From assembly GCA_019653755.1 (NCBI GenBank), contig BPCL01000005.1:4071-68070 (forward strand): a stretch of 64,000 nucleotides of DNA, read 5' to 3'. Below, one piece after another: positions 63,790 to 64,000 of the stretch. The first letter of the stretch is position 1; each line of letters opens with the position of its first letter. A program made the position numbers and the translations under genes. The notes beneath the pieces are model-generated. The model was not told where the DNA came from. It saw nothing but the letters and a program-made list of their open reading frames with translations, and searched no databases. This stretch comes from Woeseia sp. (GTDB lineage Bacteria > Pseudomonadota > Gammaproteobacteria > Steroidobacterales > UBA11654).

Positions 63790-64000
63790 TTATATATGAG
63801 AAATAATTGGAAAACTTATCGCCTTATCTCTCCATAGTTCTCCAGCTTCTTGTAGGCTAATTTTCTTGAAGCGCAATTGATCTCCAGGTCTTAGTTGTCC
63901 AATCAATGCACGGTCAATTTTAGCCACCTGCAAAATCCTAGGATAACCACCTAGAGTTTGAGCATCAGGTCCAAGCATAATCGGTTGACCATTAGCAGGA
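63790..64000 (-). CDS. pxpC: 5-oxoprolinase subunit C / allophanate hydrolase subunit 2 family (C-terminal part; gene runs off the window end)
   Basis: The frame is open to the window edge. ..GQPIMLGPDAQTLGGYPRILQVAKIDRALIGQLRPGDQLRFKKISLQEA is the conserved C-terminal cyclophilin-like region of KipA/PxpC. Confidence 0.65.
   Translation of the reverse strand, partial: PANGQPIMLGPDAQTLGGYPRILQVAKIDRALIGQLRPGDQLRFKKISLQEAGELWRDKAISFPIISHI

Overview
AT-rich, tightly packed bacterial chromosomal segment. There are no rRNA genes, CRISPR arrays, transposases or integrases, and one tRNA. All family calls come from reading motifs by eye; no database search was run. Gene order (ileS-murJ next to rpsT; obgE-rpmA-rplU divergent from ispB) looks gammaproteobacterial, and the style suggests a streamlined marine heterotroph (inference only).

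Content, left to right:
- Housekeeping genes: ileS, murJ, rpsT, obgE, rpmA, rplU, ispB, trhO.
- A block of exported proteins of unknown function.
- The copper chaperones PCuAC and SCO1.
- A divergent redox locus: cytochrome c, DUF169, an SDR, a flavin-reductase-like gene, and an ICMT-kinase fusion.
- mmuM, aceE and ilvD.
- A complete coenzyme F420 biosynthesis cluster: fno, cofE, cofD, cofC, cofG, cofH.
- A Fur-box-controlled TonB receptor and an FTR1 iron permease.
- ibpA and an LLM-type oxidoreductase.
- A full propionyl-CoA to succinyl-CoA operon: mcm, pccB, pccA, meaB, mce.
- A long accessory block: a FabD paralog with a DUF5916 outer-membrane protein, an FAD monooxygenase, two tandem Rieske oxygenases, SDRs, three alpha/beta-hydrolase domains with a non-canonical nucleophile elbow, cytochrome b561 + cytochrome c + a DUF1838-like protein, three MFS transporters and a CoA-transferase. 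It ends at tRNA-Arg(UCG) and a partial pxpC.

Main caveat: about 30 single-base frame breaks split more than 20 genes, including essential ones. They most likely reflect indel sequencing errors, so I merged fragment ORFs into single genes.

Best candidates for undescribed biology:
- The PCP_red-like module shared by two unrelated divergent genes (16.5-19.2 kb).
- The hydrolase / cytochrome / DUF1838 operon (52.5-60.4 kb).
- The orphan 780-aa exported protein (7.9-10.3 kb).
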